This document shows, piece after piece, positions 63,077-64,000 of a stretch of 64,000 bases of DNA. The position numbers were made by a program, and so were the translations under genes. The notes beneath the pieces were generated by a model that was given only the letters and a program-made list of their open reading frames with translations, made no database searches and was not told the DNA's origin. Positions within the stretch are counted from its first letter, which is position 1, and the number at the start of each line of letters is the position of its first letter. Origin of the DNA: Azolla caroliniana (Eukaryota > Plantae > Polypodiophyta); assembly GCA_043228905.1 (NCBI GenBank), contig JBHGNT010000016.1:16368001-16432000 (forward strand), in the 5' to 3' direction.

Positions 63077-64000
63077 TGTCGTGAAGATTTTCGGCGATAG
63101 TGTGAAACTTGTGCGGAACATACGAAATATAAAACAATAATAGTGAAGATACTATTTTAAATAAGTTTAATATCTTGGTACAAAAAGATGGAGGTCTGGA
63201 AGAACTTTTGAATGCACTTTCCGACATAACAAACAGTCAACTAAGTGTGAAGTTATGTGGGTATGAAGTTGCGAGAAAAAAGAAAAGAAAAGAAAAGAAA
63301 AGAAAAACAAACCTATGAGATGTCCCACATAAATAGGACAAACAAGGATCCTACAATATATAAAGCAAAGCGAAAAGCTATTATTTTGTGTCTATGTGTG
63401 GAGCATAAAGAGTTCAAGGTGACTTGAATTAAGTTAATCAAATGAATGGGTGACGGAACCAGCTCGAGATGCGAACGGAACTGGATCGGGATGCGGCGAC
63501 CGGTTGGGGATGCGGACCAAATGGGTGCAAATCGGACGGATCGGTTGATCGTGGTGCATGGTGTCTTAAAGATATTTGGTATAATTACAAGACCAAAAGC
63601 CTAATAGTATTTTGTGCTTTAAAAAGGGATGTATGCAAGACTTAAACATTGCATCTCCAAGTTGAGAGTCTATAGGCTTAACATTAAGCCAAATCATTTC
63701 TTTAGGGATATATTTTTTATTACTATACTTTTACATGTAATTCTCATACATGAGAGGTTAGATGATGACATGCCAAGCATGCATTGCATCCATTTCATGC
63801 AATTCGTGCATGTCTTGCACCCTCACATGCACCATATGCATGGGGGCATCTATAAAAGAGTGGAGGAATCAAGAAAGTGGACAACTATGCATTAATCAAG
63901 AAATTAAGAGGAAGAAAATTCGTTATTCCATTTTTGTGATGTATTAATTTTGTCTCTTTCAATCTATCTTAAATACTTTCGCGCTAAAACTTGTGCAAAC
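63077..64000 (+). mobile_element. Probable LTR of a further gypsy element running off the window
   Basis: Interrupts copia gag with TGTCGTGAAGA, the same start as the family B LTR; TATAAAAG near 63851. Confidence 0.55.

Noticed and set aside
1-64000. Numerous short overlapping or antisense ORFs in the ORF track; RNA genes
   Set aside because: Shadow ORFs of GC-rich TE coding regions without independent motifs; no tRNA, rRNA or CRISPR features were recognised

Overview
Eukaryotic plant genomic DNA, probably from a seed-free plant such as a fern or lycophyte (inferred from the TE lineages present). Most of the window is nested LTR retrotransposon sequence around one intact host gene, a 5-exon aldo-keto reductase (minus strand, 22700-21094, 346 aa). 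Three elements have both LTRs and a target-site duplication (TSD). (i) A Ty1/copia element at 26412-32209 (minus strand, TSD GAACC) sits inside an older relative. (ii) A fungal-like Ty3/gypsy element ('family B', 45098-62023, apparent 4-bp TSD) has a candidate -1 frameshift site plus pseudoknot between protease and RT. (iii) The youngest, an Athila-like Ty3/gypsy element ('family A', 51936-61855, TSD GTGTC), sits inside the 3' LTR of B. It carries a large extra sense ORF (~889 codons) after pol, preceded by conserved non-coding motifs; both recur in two decayed family A copies (1-5330, 37571-43585). Also present are a decayed APE-RT LINE, a ~4.4 kb local duplication with a near-identical core, several tandem duplications, inverted LTR fragments and clear CCGG enrichment in the gypsy elements. 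Family letters A-E are my own labels. All identities and counts were made by eye.
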